NCBI GenBank assembly: GCA_963708075.1
Contig: OY970194.1
Location: 6,464,001-6,528,000 of the forward strand
Reading direction: 5' to 3'
Source of the DNA: Sedimentisphaerales bacterium
Lineage (GTDB): Bacteria; Planctomycetota; Phycisphaerae; Sedimentisphaerales; Anaerobacaceae
Length of the DNA stretch: 64,000 nt
The notes under the pieces were generated by a model. That model ran no database searches, was not told the origin of the DNA, and was given only the letters and a program-made list of their open reading frames with translations. Of the stretch, positions 30,486-40,119 are shown in pieces. Positions within the stretch are counted from its first letter, which is position 1. Each line of letters opens with the position of its first letter. Made by a program: the position numbers and the translations under genes.

Positions 30486-32298
30486 CGGGCTGTTGCCGGA
30501 ATAGGCTTGCTTTTCAGGAGTATGTGAGTATACTTTAGGAGTCCTGATGAATTGGTGGTAAGGAAGGGACTCCTTATGATGGGCAGACAGTCACAGCCGT
30601 CGGGCAAACTCTTCTACTACGATTTCTCTCTGGAGCAGCGGATTCCACAGGACCATCTGCTTCGCAAGATCCGGGCGATGGTGGATTTCGAGTTCACCTA
30701 CGGCTTGGTCCAGAGGCGCTACGGCGTCAAGGGCAACGTCTCGGTGCCGCCGCCGGTGATCCTCAAGCTGATGCTGCTGTTGTTCCTCTACGATGTGGCC
30801 TCGGAGCGGGAGTTGATGCGGACCCTGCCGTACCGTTTGGACTGGCTGTGGTTCCTGGGCTATGACCTCGATAGCGAGGTGCCCGACCATAGCGTGCTGA
30901 GCAAGGCCCGCCGCCGCTGGGGCAGCGAGGTGTTCGAGACGGCTTTCGCCAGGGGAGTCGCTCAGTGTGTCCAGGCCGGTCTGGTCAACGGACGCAAGAT
31001 ACACATGGATGGCAGCCTGGTGGACGCCAACGCCTCCAACAACTCCGTCTGCAAGGGCCCGGAACTCTGGATCGAGCGTCTGCGACAGGCGCTTCGAGGC
31101 GAGATGACGAAACTGCAGGAACCTGAACCTTCCCCGCCTAAGCCCGCCGCCGACGGCTCTATGGCCACGAGTGAAGCCTGTGCATCGGTCCCGAAGGCGA
31201 TTGCCTCGCCAGCTGCCGCGACTGCCACGGCGGCCTCCAACGAAGGGGAGGGCCCCTGCGGCCAGACGCCTGCTCCTGTGCCTGCCACCCAGTCGCCCCC
31301 GAGCGGGACCAAGAAGTACTATAAGCCCAAGAACCGCTCCATGGTCAGCACGAGCGATCCGGATGCCGCCATCGTTCGCAAAGGGCCCCATGGCCCCCGG
31401 GCGCGGTACAAGAATCATCGGGTGGTGGATGATCTGTGTGGCGTCATCACGGCGGTGGCCACCACGGCCGGGGATGTGGAAGAGAACGCCAAGTTGATGG
31501 ACCTGGCGGATCAGCACGAGCAGAACACCGGCTGCACGACAGAGACGGTGGTGGCCGACATGCAGTACGGCACGGTGGAGAACTTCCGGGCTTGTCGGCA
31601 GCGTGGGATCAACAGCCACATGGCGGACCTGACGTTGTCGCAGGCGAACAAACCCTGTATGCAGGGCATCTTCGGCATCGAGCAGTTTCTCTACGATTCC
31701 ACGAGCGACACCTACCGCTGTCCGGCAGGCCAGACGCTCACACGTCGCAAGCACAAGAAGCAGCGTCAGGCCTATGAATACGCCTGTGCCGCCGCGGTCT
31801 GCCAGGAGTGCTCGATGCGCCAGCAATGCACCCGCGCCAAGGGGACCGCCCGGACGATCAAGCGGCACTATGACCAGGACGCGATCGACGCCGCCCGGGC
31901 GCAATCGCACAGCCGGGCGGCCACACGCGACCGCCGGCGTCGTAAATGGCGGATGGAGGGCAGCTTCGGGGATGCGGCGACGCACCATGGGTTCAAGCGG
32001 GCCCGGTGGCGTCGGCTCTGGCGTCAGCGGATTCAGGATCTGCTGATTGCGACGGTGCAGAACTTGCGAACCCTTCTGCGCCATACGGGTCGGCGCACTC
32101 GTGGGGCCTGCTCGCAGGCTCCAGGCCACAGCGCCCCGGCCCCACACACGCTCGGGACCATTCTGGACACGCCGGCAGGACTTCTCCGGACCTTCCTGAA
32201 GCCTCTACAGTCGATTCATCGCCGCGGAGCGACCCCTGTGCCTTCCGGCCCCTGCTACCCATGACCGCTCCCTCACGGCTGCTTCCGGCAACAGCCCG
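30486..32298 (+). mobile_element. Complete IS1182-family insertion sequence (1813 bp)
   Basis: 16-bp terminal IRs CGGGCTGTTGCCGGAA (30486-30501) / TTCCGGCAACAGCCCG (32283-32298); 4-bp target duplication TCAA at 30482-30485 and 32299-32302. Confidence 0.92.
30576..32264 (+). CDS. IS1182-family DDE transposase
   Basis: IPQDHLLRKI, SERELM, PDHSVLSKARRR, MDGSLVDANAS, STSDPDA, VADMQYG, YRCPAGQ and MEGSFG..K.AR.R. Confidence 0.93.
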   Translation: MMGRQSQPSGKLFYYDFSLEQRIPQDHLLRKIRAMVDFEFTYGLVQRRYGVKGNVSVPPPVILKLMLLLFLYDVASERELMRTLPYRLDWLWFLGYDLDSEVPDHSVLSKARRRWGSEVFETAFARGVAQCVQAGLVNGRKIHMDGSLVDANASNNSVCKGPELWIERLRQALRGEMTKLQEPEPSPPKPAADGSMATSEACASVPKAIASPAAATATAASNEGEGPCGQTPAPVPATQSPPSGTKKYYKPKNRSMVSTSDPDAAIVRKGPHGPRARYKNHRVVDDLCGVITAVATTAGDVEENAKLMDLADQHEQNTGCTTETVVADMQYGTVENFRACRQRGINSHMADLTLSQANKPCMQGIFGIEQFLYDSTSDTYRCPAGQTLTRRKHKKQRQAYEYACAAAVCQECSMRQQCTRAKGTARTIKRHYDQDAIDAARAQSHSRAATRDRRRRKWRMEGSFGDAATHHGFKRARWRRLWRQRIQDLLIATVQNLRTLLRHTGRRTRGACSQAPGHSAPAPHTLGTILDTPAGLLRTFLKPLQSIHRRGATPVPSGPCYP

Positions 32299-32444
32299 TC
32301 AAGAGTTGACCCTGTAATCCGCCTTTCTTCTTGCCTTGCTCGGTGTGGCGCGTTATCACCACGGCGGTGGCTGAAGGAGAATCGGATGACCATGACGAAT
32401 CCCAATGACATCTTTAAACAATATCTTGAGGAGAGAACCGTTAC

Positions 32445-32670
32445 TAAGTAGGTAGCCACAATCCATCACATGAATTCCTTCAGCCAGAATTTGCCGGACA
32501 GGATGCCTGCCTTGCGGCGTGCCGTGCCGGGGGACAGGCCCAGGAACCAGCGTTCGGCCTTCCTTGCCTCTTTATCCAGGGACTGGAACTGGCGGTTGGC
32601 GACAATCAGGCGTTTGATCTCTCTCCAGAGATGATCCTGCGGATTCAGCTCGGGACACTGCTTGGGAAAC
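32445..32670 (-). pseudogene. IS630-family transposase C-terminal remnant
   Basis: PKQCPELNPQDHLWREIK..ANRQF..RKAGILSGKFWL matches the P.YSPELNPIE..W motif. The fragment is truncated at the GGGGACAG inverted repeat at 32672. Confidence 0.7.
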
Positions 32671-32671
32671 A

Positions 32672-32980
32672 GGGGACAGTCACCTATTATTGCCGACACG
32701 AAATAGGTGGCTGTCCCTAGTATCTTCAATGCCGTCAAGCGAATAATTCCTTATTCAAGACGTGACCCCCCGTTTTTCCTAAACCGCAGATGATCGCTGA
32801 TAAACGCCGATGGATGAAGGCCGGGACACGGCTTCGGCGAGAGCCGCTACGGTGGGCTATGCCCACCGATCTCCTGTCCCTCTGGAAGACGCGACCGGAC
32901 GTCCGCTGATAATTATATAATCAAAGATGTGACCCCGTCCCCTAACTAGGGTCCGTCCCTAGCGTCCTAGCGTCCCCGCG
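32672..32980. repeat. GGGGACAGTCACCTATT / AATAGGTGGCTGTCCC inverted repeat plus related motifs
   Basis: IR at 32672-32718; AAGACGTGACCCCC (32757); GGTGGGCTATGCCCACC REP (32851); AAAGATGTGACCCCGTCCCC (32923). Confidence 0.75.
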
Positions 32981-33028
32981 CCCGTGGTGAAACGCAGCCC
33001 TGAAGATGAAATGGTTCTGACGATCCGG

Positions 33029-33943
33029 TTATATTGCTCTGCGTCTGCGCAGCCAGCCGACAAGACCAATGCCAATGCTGCTCAGCACAATCCCAGCGGG
33101 GGCTGGGACAGACTCATTCCACTCGTAGATGAACCCATAGTTGTCACCATCCCAAGTATTGTTGTAGTAACCGACGATGGTGTTGCCGCTGATGCCTGTC
33201 GCATGAGTACCATAGCTGCCGGGGTAATCCAGAGTAGTCCAGGTCTTCCCGTCATAGAGATAACTAAGAAATCTCCCCGACACGGGGTCGGTATACCAAC
33301 CAATCATGTTGTCGCCCTCGATGTCCATAAGCCCACCGCCACCCCACGGGCTGTCCACGACGGTCCAAGTCGTTCCGTCATAGATAAAGCTGTGGTCCTC
33401 GTACATACCCACTTCGTAATTCCCGGCCACTCTCGTCCCATCGATTGCGCGTAACTCACTCCAAGTGCTTCCAGGATAATCTAAGGTGGTCCATGTCGTC
33501 CCATCGTAAAAGAGCCCATGACGGTGGAAGGGGTCGTCCTCATATAGACCCACCATCCTATTGCCTTCAATGTCGTGCAGTTGCATGGCATTGGCGAACG
33601 GTGTCCAAGTCGTTCCGTCGTAACGAACACCGATACCCACATCGAGGTATCCGACAATGTTCTGGCCGTCAACGCCCTCCAGTATAGTACCGACAAGGCC
33701 AGCCAACTCGGGAACATCGAGCGTGCTCCAAGTCGTCCTGTCATAGAGGAATCCGTGTGATGCCCAGCCGTTGGAGGGATCGAAGTAACACCCGACAATG
33801 TTGTTCCCCTGAATGCCCAAGGCATAGGTATTGGTACTCCCTGGGTACATGATGGTGGTCCAGTCGCCAAGCGCATGACCCGAGAGGCACATTGTGACCA
33901 AAGTGACAATTACAACGGTGAACCGATCAGCCTTCATTTTCAT
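33029..33943 (-). CDS. PEP-CTERM-like (VPAP variant) surface protein with YDGTTWTTLDYPG repeats
   Basis: Signal peptide; ~5-6 GI.G..IVG.Y...HGFLYDG.TWTTLD repeats; C-terminus VPAPAGIVLSSIGIGLVGWLRRRRAI; RBS GGAGG. Confidence 0.85.
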   Translation of the reverse strand: MKMKADRFTVVIVTLVTMCLSGHALGDWTTIMYPGSTNTYALGIQGNNIVGCYFDPSNGWASHGFLYDRTTWSTLDVPELAGLVGTILEGVDGQNIVGYLDVGIGVRYDGTTWTPFANAMQLHDIEGNRMVGLYEDDPFHRHGLFYDGTTWTTLDYPGSTWSELRAIDGTRVAGNYEVGMYEDHSFIYDGTTWTVVDSPWGGGGLMDIEGDNMIGWYTDPVSGRFLSYLYDGKTWTTLDYPGSYGTHATGISGNTIVGYYNNTWDGDNYGFIYEWNESVPAPAGIVLSSIGIGLVGWLRRRRAI

Positions 33944-34334
33944 GTTTCTTCCTCCATGTCACGTGCACAGAGAGACATCCGTAGACCTCAACTGTGCGCC
34001 ATTGAAGCCCTTCTCTATGGCGTCCCAACAGTGTAACCCATCCTCCGTGACATGAGGCCGGACCTCCTAATCCGACCAGCAGATGAAGCCGATTCTACCA
34101 ACGCACGGCAGCGCATATCTATTCGTGGAAATACCTATTTCTGCACCCAGCCCCTCGGTTTCTGAGGGCAGAATATGCACGAACCCGCAAGGTGTAGGTA
34201 TTTCTTGCCCCCCAGCCAGGCTTGTCGCGGCAAATAGAGCCTCGACTGCCGCTCCCTCAATTCCTCACCACCAGCCGCCCCTCAATCTCAACCGCGCCGA
34301 GGTTTTCGGGTCTGCCGACCCCGCCGTCCGACGC

Positions 34335-35114
34335 CTATGCTCTTGCCGGTCCCGGAGGGACCCCAGCCCGCCGCGCATGAAGCCGTTGCCTGAGTCGTTT
34401 CCACTTGGCCGACACTGCTGGTTCGGCCACGATGCCGATGAACTCGCACAGGAGTCCCGGGATGAATTGGCATAGGAGCCCCAGGATGAACGCCAAGGCC
34501 AGTCTCCCCCAGGAGTTCTTCTGCTGGAGGTCCCAAACGGCCCGCAGTTGGGGCCTCTTGACGTTCAAGGCATCCTCGATCTCTCTCTTCTCCTGTTCGA
34601 GCGTCTCGATCTGCTTGGTCAGCCGCTCCACGAGGATTTGCTGCTGGCGAATGTGCTCATCTGTCTCCGCGATGGACCGCCGAGCCTCGGCCAGCGCTCG
34701 TGATACATCCACGGCGGATGGGCTTCGGTTCGGGGTCGCAAGCAGGAATACCAGCAGCAGGAGAAGTACGAGGGATATAACAGCAAGGAAGATGGTGTGG
34801 CTTATCGGGGGGATGTCTGATCTGCCGCCGCCCTGGGTAGAGCGCCGAGGCGACCGTGCAGAGTCAGAGTCGTCATCTCCATCACCTCCACCTTCGTCGC
34901 CTCCCCCTTCGCCGCCTCCACCGCCATCCCCGCCACTCTCGCCGCTGGCGCTATTCTCGCCTGTTGTCCCGCCATCCATATCCGGAGTAACCGTCTTGAC
35001 CCTTTGCCGAGTGTAGTTTCTGTGGAATCCTATGAAGGCGAGAGGGTTCACAATATGCTTCCAACGCACCCGCACCGTCGCAAAAGCCCGAAGGTCCAAT
35101 ACCCTGATGTTCAT
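34335..35114 (-). CDS. Hypothetical membrane protein (Gly/Asp-rich linker, TM, coiled coil, TM)
   Basis: Strong RBS AAAGGAGGT; 259-aa ORF with two hydrophobic segments flanking a heptad-rich region. Confidence 0.7.
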   Translation of the reverse strand: MNIRVLDLRAFATVRVRWKHIVNPLAFIGFHRNYTRQRVKTVTPDMDGGTTGENSASGESGGDGGGGGEGGGDEGGGDGDDDSDSARSPRRSTQGGGRSDIPPISHTIFLAVISLVLLLLLVFLLATPNRSPSAVDVSRALAEARRSIAETDEHIRQQQILVERLTKQIETLEQEKREIEDALNVKRPQLRAVWDLQQKNSWGRLALAFILGLLCQFIPGLLCEFIGIVAEPAVSAKWKRLRQRLHARRAGVPPGPARA

Positions 35115-35216
35115 GTTAGTACCTCCTTTCTCACATGCCGGACTTCGCCATTTTATGGCTAACCATTGTACCGCGTGAGTATCGCCCTGTCAATGTGATG
35201 CTTGCAGGGGGGGGGT

Positions 35217-35945
35217 GGGGCGAGGGGGCGTTTGAATTGCGGATTTCGGATTGCGGAATGCGGGGCGAGAGACGCGGCGTTTCGAATGCGGAGTACGGCC
35301 TGCAAACTGAGGGTTATGCATGGCCGCCGATTCCATATGCACACGCCACCCATCCGCTATGTGGTATTACCACCTACCGCCGTCCTCTAGCGCCGTGCTC
35401 GTCACACGCTAGGTTGCACCACAACCTAGCGCAGGCAACAAAAGCGTCCTCCGCATGACGCCTCATGTTCCTTCCTCCCTTCTTCCCCTCCTGCGTTCTT
35501 CCTCCATGTCATTCTCTGCGTCCCAGCGGCCCAATGGATTGATTATCGATGATTGATGATTGATGATTGGATCTGCGGAAATCTGCGATATCTGCGGATG
35601 GTGATCAGTAGTCGGTAGGCAGTAGTCGGTTGTCAGTAGTCGGTAGCCGGTTGTCGGTTGAAGGCCTGGATTCCCATCGGGTCGGGAATGACATGAAAGG
35701 GAGATTGCCGCGCTTCGCTCGCAATGACATGAATAAGGAAGTTCTCGCGTGGTTCGTGACCTTCGTGGTGAAGAACAGGGATCGGTGGCAGTCGTGGGCG
35801 GGTTTGAAACCCGCCCCTACGAGGCGCGACCGTGTCCCGGCCTTCATCGCCATTCATCTGCGGTTGCATTTTCTCCGTGGTCTCCGTGACCTCCGTGGTG
35901 AGAGACTCTGGATTCCCGCCTTCGCGGGAATGACATGAAGGGAAT
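35217..35945. repeat. Mosaic repeat block downstream of the HNH-AP2 gene
   Basis: 35585-35695 matches 25772-25840 plus 25950-25980; heptamer runs GATTGAT and CAGTAGT/CGGTAG; GGGCGGGTTTGAAACCCGCCCCTAC REP; TGGATTCCCGCCTTCGCGGGAATGAC. Confidence 0.8.
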
Positions 35946-35979
35946 CCGTGTCGAGGTGCGGGCGAATGAGGATTCGCCC

Positions 35980-36834
35980 TTACCTTGTCTTCCTTCTCTT
36001 CTCTCGCCTTTTCGCTTTGTTTTGGGCTTGCCATGCTTTGGCTTTGGCTTTGCATCGGGCTTGCAGGTCCTTCGTGCTGCGTTTCTCGACTTCGGCGCGG
36101 GCTTGGACGGCTTCGGGACTGTTGTAGAGGGCTTCGCGCTTCTCCTCGGGCCACTCGTCGGGGAAGTTCAGGTAGGCGTATTGGCCGTGCAGCATGATCG
36201 CCATGCGGTCGCGGGCGCGGGCGGCCTCGATCTCCTCGGCGAACAGGCCGATGTGCACGCGGACCCAGCGGTATCCGACGTCGGCGCTCCATTTGTTGCC
36301 TTTGCGGGACACGCCGCGGTATTGGGATGTTCCCTTGCGGGCGCGGGCGTTGAACGCGTTGTGGCGCGGGTCGCAGTTGCGCAGGTTGCTCCGGCGGTTG
36401 TCGGCGCCGTTGTGGTTGCTGTGGTCGACGACCTCGCCCTTTCGCGGCTCCATGATCTCGCGATGCATGAAAATGACTTTGCCGTTTTCCTTGCGGAAGG
36501 CGTAGACCGTGTTGTCGGAGACCATGGCGAGCCAGTTGTGCTTGCTGAGCCATTCGTAGTCGGCGGCGTCGACGATGGCGAAGTGGCCGCGGGTGAGCGG
36601 GATGAAGCGGATGTCGCCGGTCTGCGGCTCGGGGACGGGGAGGCGGTAGGAGGGGTCGTGGCGGGGGGCGAAATTCCGGCAGGTGCCGCCGGGGGACACC
36701 GCCCGCAGCCGGCCCGGGGCCTCCGGGGTGTTGACGCACATCAGCGTGTTCGGCCAGCCGAAGGTCACCTGCCGCATCCAGAACGCCGGATCGCACACGC
36801 CGTACGCACATTGGGAACAGAGTCGCTTCTTCAT
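35980..36834 (-). CDS. Free-standing HNH endonuclease with AP2-like DNA-binding domain and Cys-rich N-terminus
   Basis: IPLTRGHFAIVDAADY; MHREIM..VVDHSNHNGADNRRSNLR....HNAFN (HNH_3); SQYRGVS..W.A....HIGLF..EIEAARARD..A..LHG.YA.LNFP (AP2); RBS GGAGGT. Confidence 0.88.
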   Translation of the reverse strand: MKKRLCSQCAYGVCDPAFWMRQVTFGWPNTLMCVNTPEAPGRLRAVSPGGTCRNFAPRHDPSYRLPVPEPQTGDIRFIPLTRGHFAIVDAADYEWLSKHNWLAMVSDNTVYAFRKENGKVIFMHREIMEPRKGEVVDHSNHNGADNRRSNLRNCDPRHNAFNARARKGTSQYRGVSRKGNKWSADVGYRWVRVHIGLFAEEIEAARARDRMAIMLHGQYAYLNFPDEWPEEKREALYNSPEAVQARAEVEKRSTKDLQARCKAKAKAWQAQNKAKRREKRRKTR

Positions 36835-36855
36835 ATGACCTCCATCTCTCGCCGT

Positions 36856-37112
36856 CGGGTGGCACGGGCAAACTCGTTGGGTTCGTCCCAAGTTGTTGAG
36901 TTTTGGGTGGCAGCGTCAAGCGCAGCTTGGCGATGGTCTTGCCCATTCGCCATCGCCAAGGCCTTCGGCCTTGACGCTGCCACCCGACTGCGCAGCTTGC
37001 ACAGGCTCGATCTCAAGGATTTGGGACGAACCCAACTCGTTTGACGGTGCTCGTTCGATGTAGCCTGCCCAGTCGAAACCCCACGGGCCAACGAGTTTGC
37101 CCGTGCCACCCG
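36856..37112. repeat. Three nested inverted repeats in the HNH-AP2 5' region
   Basis: 25-bp perfect IR (36856-36880 / 37088-37112), inner 16-bp IR GTTGGGTTCGTCCCAA (36876-36891 / 37021-37036), and innermost family-A element at 36905-36985. Confidence 0.9.
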
Positions 37113-37208
37113 TGGCTATGCTTGTTCAGGCGACACCTGCTGTCGCCCGCCTGTTCGCCGCCGGGCACACGCCCAGGGTCAACGCGCCGTTTCTCCGGCG
37201 GTGGTTGT

Positions 37209-37237
37209 ATAATAAACCATCTAACAAACTCTGGCAA
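37209..37237 (-). promoter_or_regulatory. Sigma70-type promoter facing the nested palindromes and HNH-AP2 gene
   Basis: TTGCCA-17-TATTAT on the minus strand. Confidence 0.5.
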
Positions 37238-37681
37238 CCAAAAAATGTCTAACATGGCAGTGCACAACTGCTTGTGACGGCAGGGGATAGGAACATTCAG
37301 CAAAGAAACCCGCTTTTTTCCAGTTGTGGAGGCGCGGAATCTTGCGATCCTGCAAGAATGCCCTTGCAGCCACTATGCCGTGGTGCATCCTCAAGCTCCG
37401 GCTGGCAGGGGCAAGCGGAGCCGTTCATGGGCCTTGGCGCACCCGAAGAGGATGAAACTGGCATGCTCTTCGTAGGTCGTGCGTCCTCGCACGACTCTGG
37501 GCGAGCGGGGACGCTCGCCCTACGCGGAGATCTGTCCGGCGTATTTTCAGAGGAGTCTTCGGAGCTTGCCGATGGTGTTGACGCACATCCCACGAGCCAT
37601 CGGCAAGCTGCGCTTGCCGCTGCCACCCATCATAAGTCTGGAATCCGAGACAGCGTACACCCATCGTGACAGGCGTGCTTC

Positions 37682-39811
37682 TTACCTTCGTATCTTCCTG
37701 CCTTGTGTTGCCGTGATAGCGCCGGGGCGGGTGTTTTGGGCGGTGCGCGTCGTGGCCGGCGGGGTGGTCATGGCCACGCGGATGCCGGGGTAGTCACAGC
37801 GCAGGTGTGCGGCGAAACGATGGCGGTGCGTGGTCCGGCAGTACTCCGGCGGGAAGCACCAGGCGCCGCCGCGCAGGACCCGCAGGACGCCGGGCTTGGG
37901 ACCCTCGTGCTCGTCATCGTCCCTGTAGGGGTAGGGCAGGAACGCGGAACTGGTCCATTCCCAGGCGTTGCCCGCCATGTCGTACAGGCCGAGCGCGTTC
38001 GGCGGGAACCGGCCGACGGGGGAGGTACAGTCCCATTTGTCCGAGTCCGCCACGCCGCGCACGTTGGCCAGTGCGTGACTGATCGTCCCGGTCTGGGTCG
38101 GGTATTCGGATGTCATCCCGGCACGGGCCGCGTATTCCCATTCCGCCTCCGTGGGCAGGCGAAGGCCGGCCCACCGGCAGTAGTCGTCGGCCTCACGCCA
38201 CGTCACGCCCACGACGGGCTGGTTTGGATCGCTGTAGTTCGGATCGTCCGCGTGATAGGGCCGGATCGCGCCCTCGGCTTTCCGGAACTTGCCGTACTGC
38301 TCGTTCGTTACCTCGAACTTGCCCAGCCAGAAGCCGCCGACAGTGACCTTGTGGGCGGGCCGCTCGTCGCTTTGACCCCCATCGCTGCCCATCGTGAACT
38401 CGCCTCCGGGTATCCAGATGAGCGCGGAGCCATCGGCTGGATTGACGTACTCGTCCCCCGGCCGCGGCTCTCCCAGCTTCGGCGTCCACTGGCGCCGCTG
38501 AAGCGGCACAAGGTGGGGCGTAGCGGAGGGGGCCGCCCCGTCGGGTTCGGATGATTTCGGGCTCTTGTTCGCTTGTGTTGTTGCCGCCGCCACAGGAATG
38601 GATGGGGGTTCTTCGTGCTCGGTGAGTATGACCGATACGGACGCCTCGTCGGAGACTTTTGTGGCGAACCACTGCGGCTCCTGGATCCAACCCTGGCGGT
38701 ACAGCGTACCGCTTCCTGTGTGGCCGTCCAGCGAGCCCCTGAACACGACCTTGTCCTCGCCCTTGGCGCTGTCGATTCTGATGCTGCGGCCCCAGAGGTA
38801 GAACGCATCACTGGTGGTGCTGTCGTTGCAGAGGTACCTGGCGGCGGTGATGTCGCCCTTGCGGCCGATGGAGATCGTGCCGTTGAGGGAGGGGCAGGCC
38901 GGCACATCGAGTTCCCACGTGCCGGACAGGTCCGCCGGCTGTCGCTTCGCCGTCCACGGTTGTATGCCGGGAGAGGAATCACCGAGTTGCTCCTGAGTGC
39001 CGCGAATCTCGTCGCCCTCGGCAAGGCCCTCAAATCGCAGCTTCATCTGCCGGCCCTGGATCTCTCCGTCGAGCGTCAGGGCCACGCGCCTGCCGGAGAT
39101 CGACGCCTCGACGCGTTGGGTCACGCCCAGGTCGGGGAAGTGCGCTGCGCCGGCGATGGTCTGAAACTCCTGGCCCATATGCAGGACCGTTCGGATTTCG
39201 CCCTGCGAGGTGGTCGTTGTCCATTCCCAGATCCCGCTCACGCGCGCGGGGATGATCCACAGGTACACGACTCCGCCGCGGGCGCGCAAGTGGCGGGCCG
39301 CGCGGTCGGCCCCCCAGTCGTCCATGTGAAATGCGTGGGACACGACGCGCGTGCCGGGCCGCAGCTCGCGAAAGAGCTTGGGCCGGACCATGAGATTCAC
39401 CTCGTTGAGCAGGTACATCGTGACAACATTCGCGTCGTGGATGGGCACCTTCATGATGTCGCCGATCTTGAACTGGACGAGGTGGCTCACGCCGGCGTAC
39501 GATGCGTTGTCGATGGATTCGCGGATGCGCTGGCCATCCAGGTCCACGCCGAGGCCGCGGGCGCCGAATTCCTTCGCGGCGGCGATGACGATTCGGCCGT
39601 CGCCGCACCCGAGGTCCACGACGTAATCGTTGCTCGTTACCTCCGCGAGCCTGAGCATGACATCGACGACCTGTGCGTGTGTCGGCTCGTAAGGCACATC
39701 AAGATCCGACGGCCGGACTTCATCACCGGCAAGGGGGGCGGCGCACAGACCGATTATCAGAGAGATCAAGACAGGCCGGCCAACGCACACCTGTGTCCGC
39801 CCCGTGTTCAT
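37682..39811 (-). CDS. Exported SAM-dependent methyltransferase fused to an FGE/SUMF1-type domain
   Basis: RBS AGGAGG; signal peptide; DVPYEPT..DLGCGDGRI..LRPGTRVVSH; then WIPGGEFTMGS, EVTNEQY, RLPTEAEWEYAAR, GLYDMAGNAWEW and RVLRGG. Confidence 0.88.
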   Translation of the reverse strand: MNTGRTQVCVGRPVLISLIIGLCAAPLAGDEVRPSDLDVPYEPTHAQVVDVMLRLAEVTSNDYVVDLGCGDGRIVIAAAKEFGARGLGVDLDGQRIRESIDNASYAGVSHLVQFKIGDIMKVPIHDANVVTMYLLNEVNLMVRPKLFRELRPGTRVVSHAFHMDDWGADRAARHLRARGGVVYLWIIPARVSGIWEWTTTTSQGEIRTVLHMGQEFQTIAGAAHFPDLGVTQRVEASISGRRVALTLDGEIQGRQMKLRFEGLAEGDEIRGTQEQLGDSSPGIQPWTAKRQPADLSGTWELDVPACPSLNGTISIGRKGDITAARYLCNDSTTSDAFYLWGRSIRIDSAKGEDKVVFRGSLDGHTGSGTLYRQGWIQEPQWFATKVSDEASVSVILTEHEEPPSIPVAAATTQANKSPKSSEPDGAAPSATPHLVPLQRRQWTPKLGEPRPGDEYVNPADGSALIWIPGGEFTMGSDGGQSDERPAHKVTVGGFWLGKFEVTNEQYGKFRKAEGAIRPYHADDPNYSDPNQPVVGVTWREADDYCRWAGLRLPTEAEWEYAARAGMTSEYPTQTGTISHALANVRGVADSDKWDCTSPVGRFPPNALGLYDMAGNAWEWTSSAFLPYPYRDDDEHEGPKPGVLRVLRGGAWCFPPEYCRTTHRHRFAAHLRCDYPGIRVAMTTPPATTRTAQNTRPGAITATQGRKIRR

Positions 39812-40119
39812 GACAAACCTCCTGTCGATGCCGATGATAGACATGCAAAGACTCTCCCATTCGAAACTGCGCATGTAGATCCATCACTCTTTCGCGTCCG
39901 TCGAATCCAGTTCCTATCTTCCTCTCTGTGGGCGCATCCCGCTCGTCAGGTTTGTGCCTAAACCCCAATTGGCAATTGCCCGTCAGGACGTAAGGAAGCT
40001 GCGAGAGGACCGGCTGAATCGCTGCGGGATTTCCGGGATCGTTAGTGCGGGGGGATCGATGAGGGGGACTTAAGAGTCTGCGCGGATACTCACTTAATGC
40101 GTTGATGCCTGTGCTGGTG

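Noticed and set aside
35980..36834. Prophage or group I intron around the HNH gene
   Set aside because: No phage structural or integrase genes and no interrupted host gene.
37682..38500. Diversity-generating retroelement target (FGE/C-type lectin fold)
   Set aside because: No reverse transcriptase and no template-repeat copy in the window.
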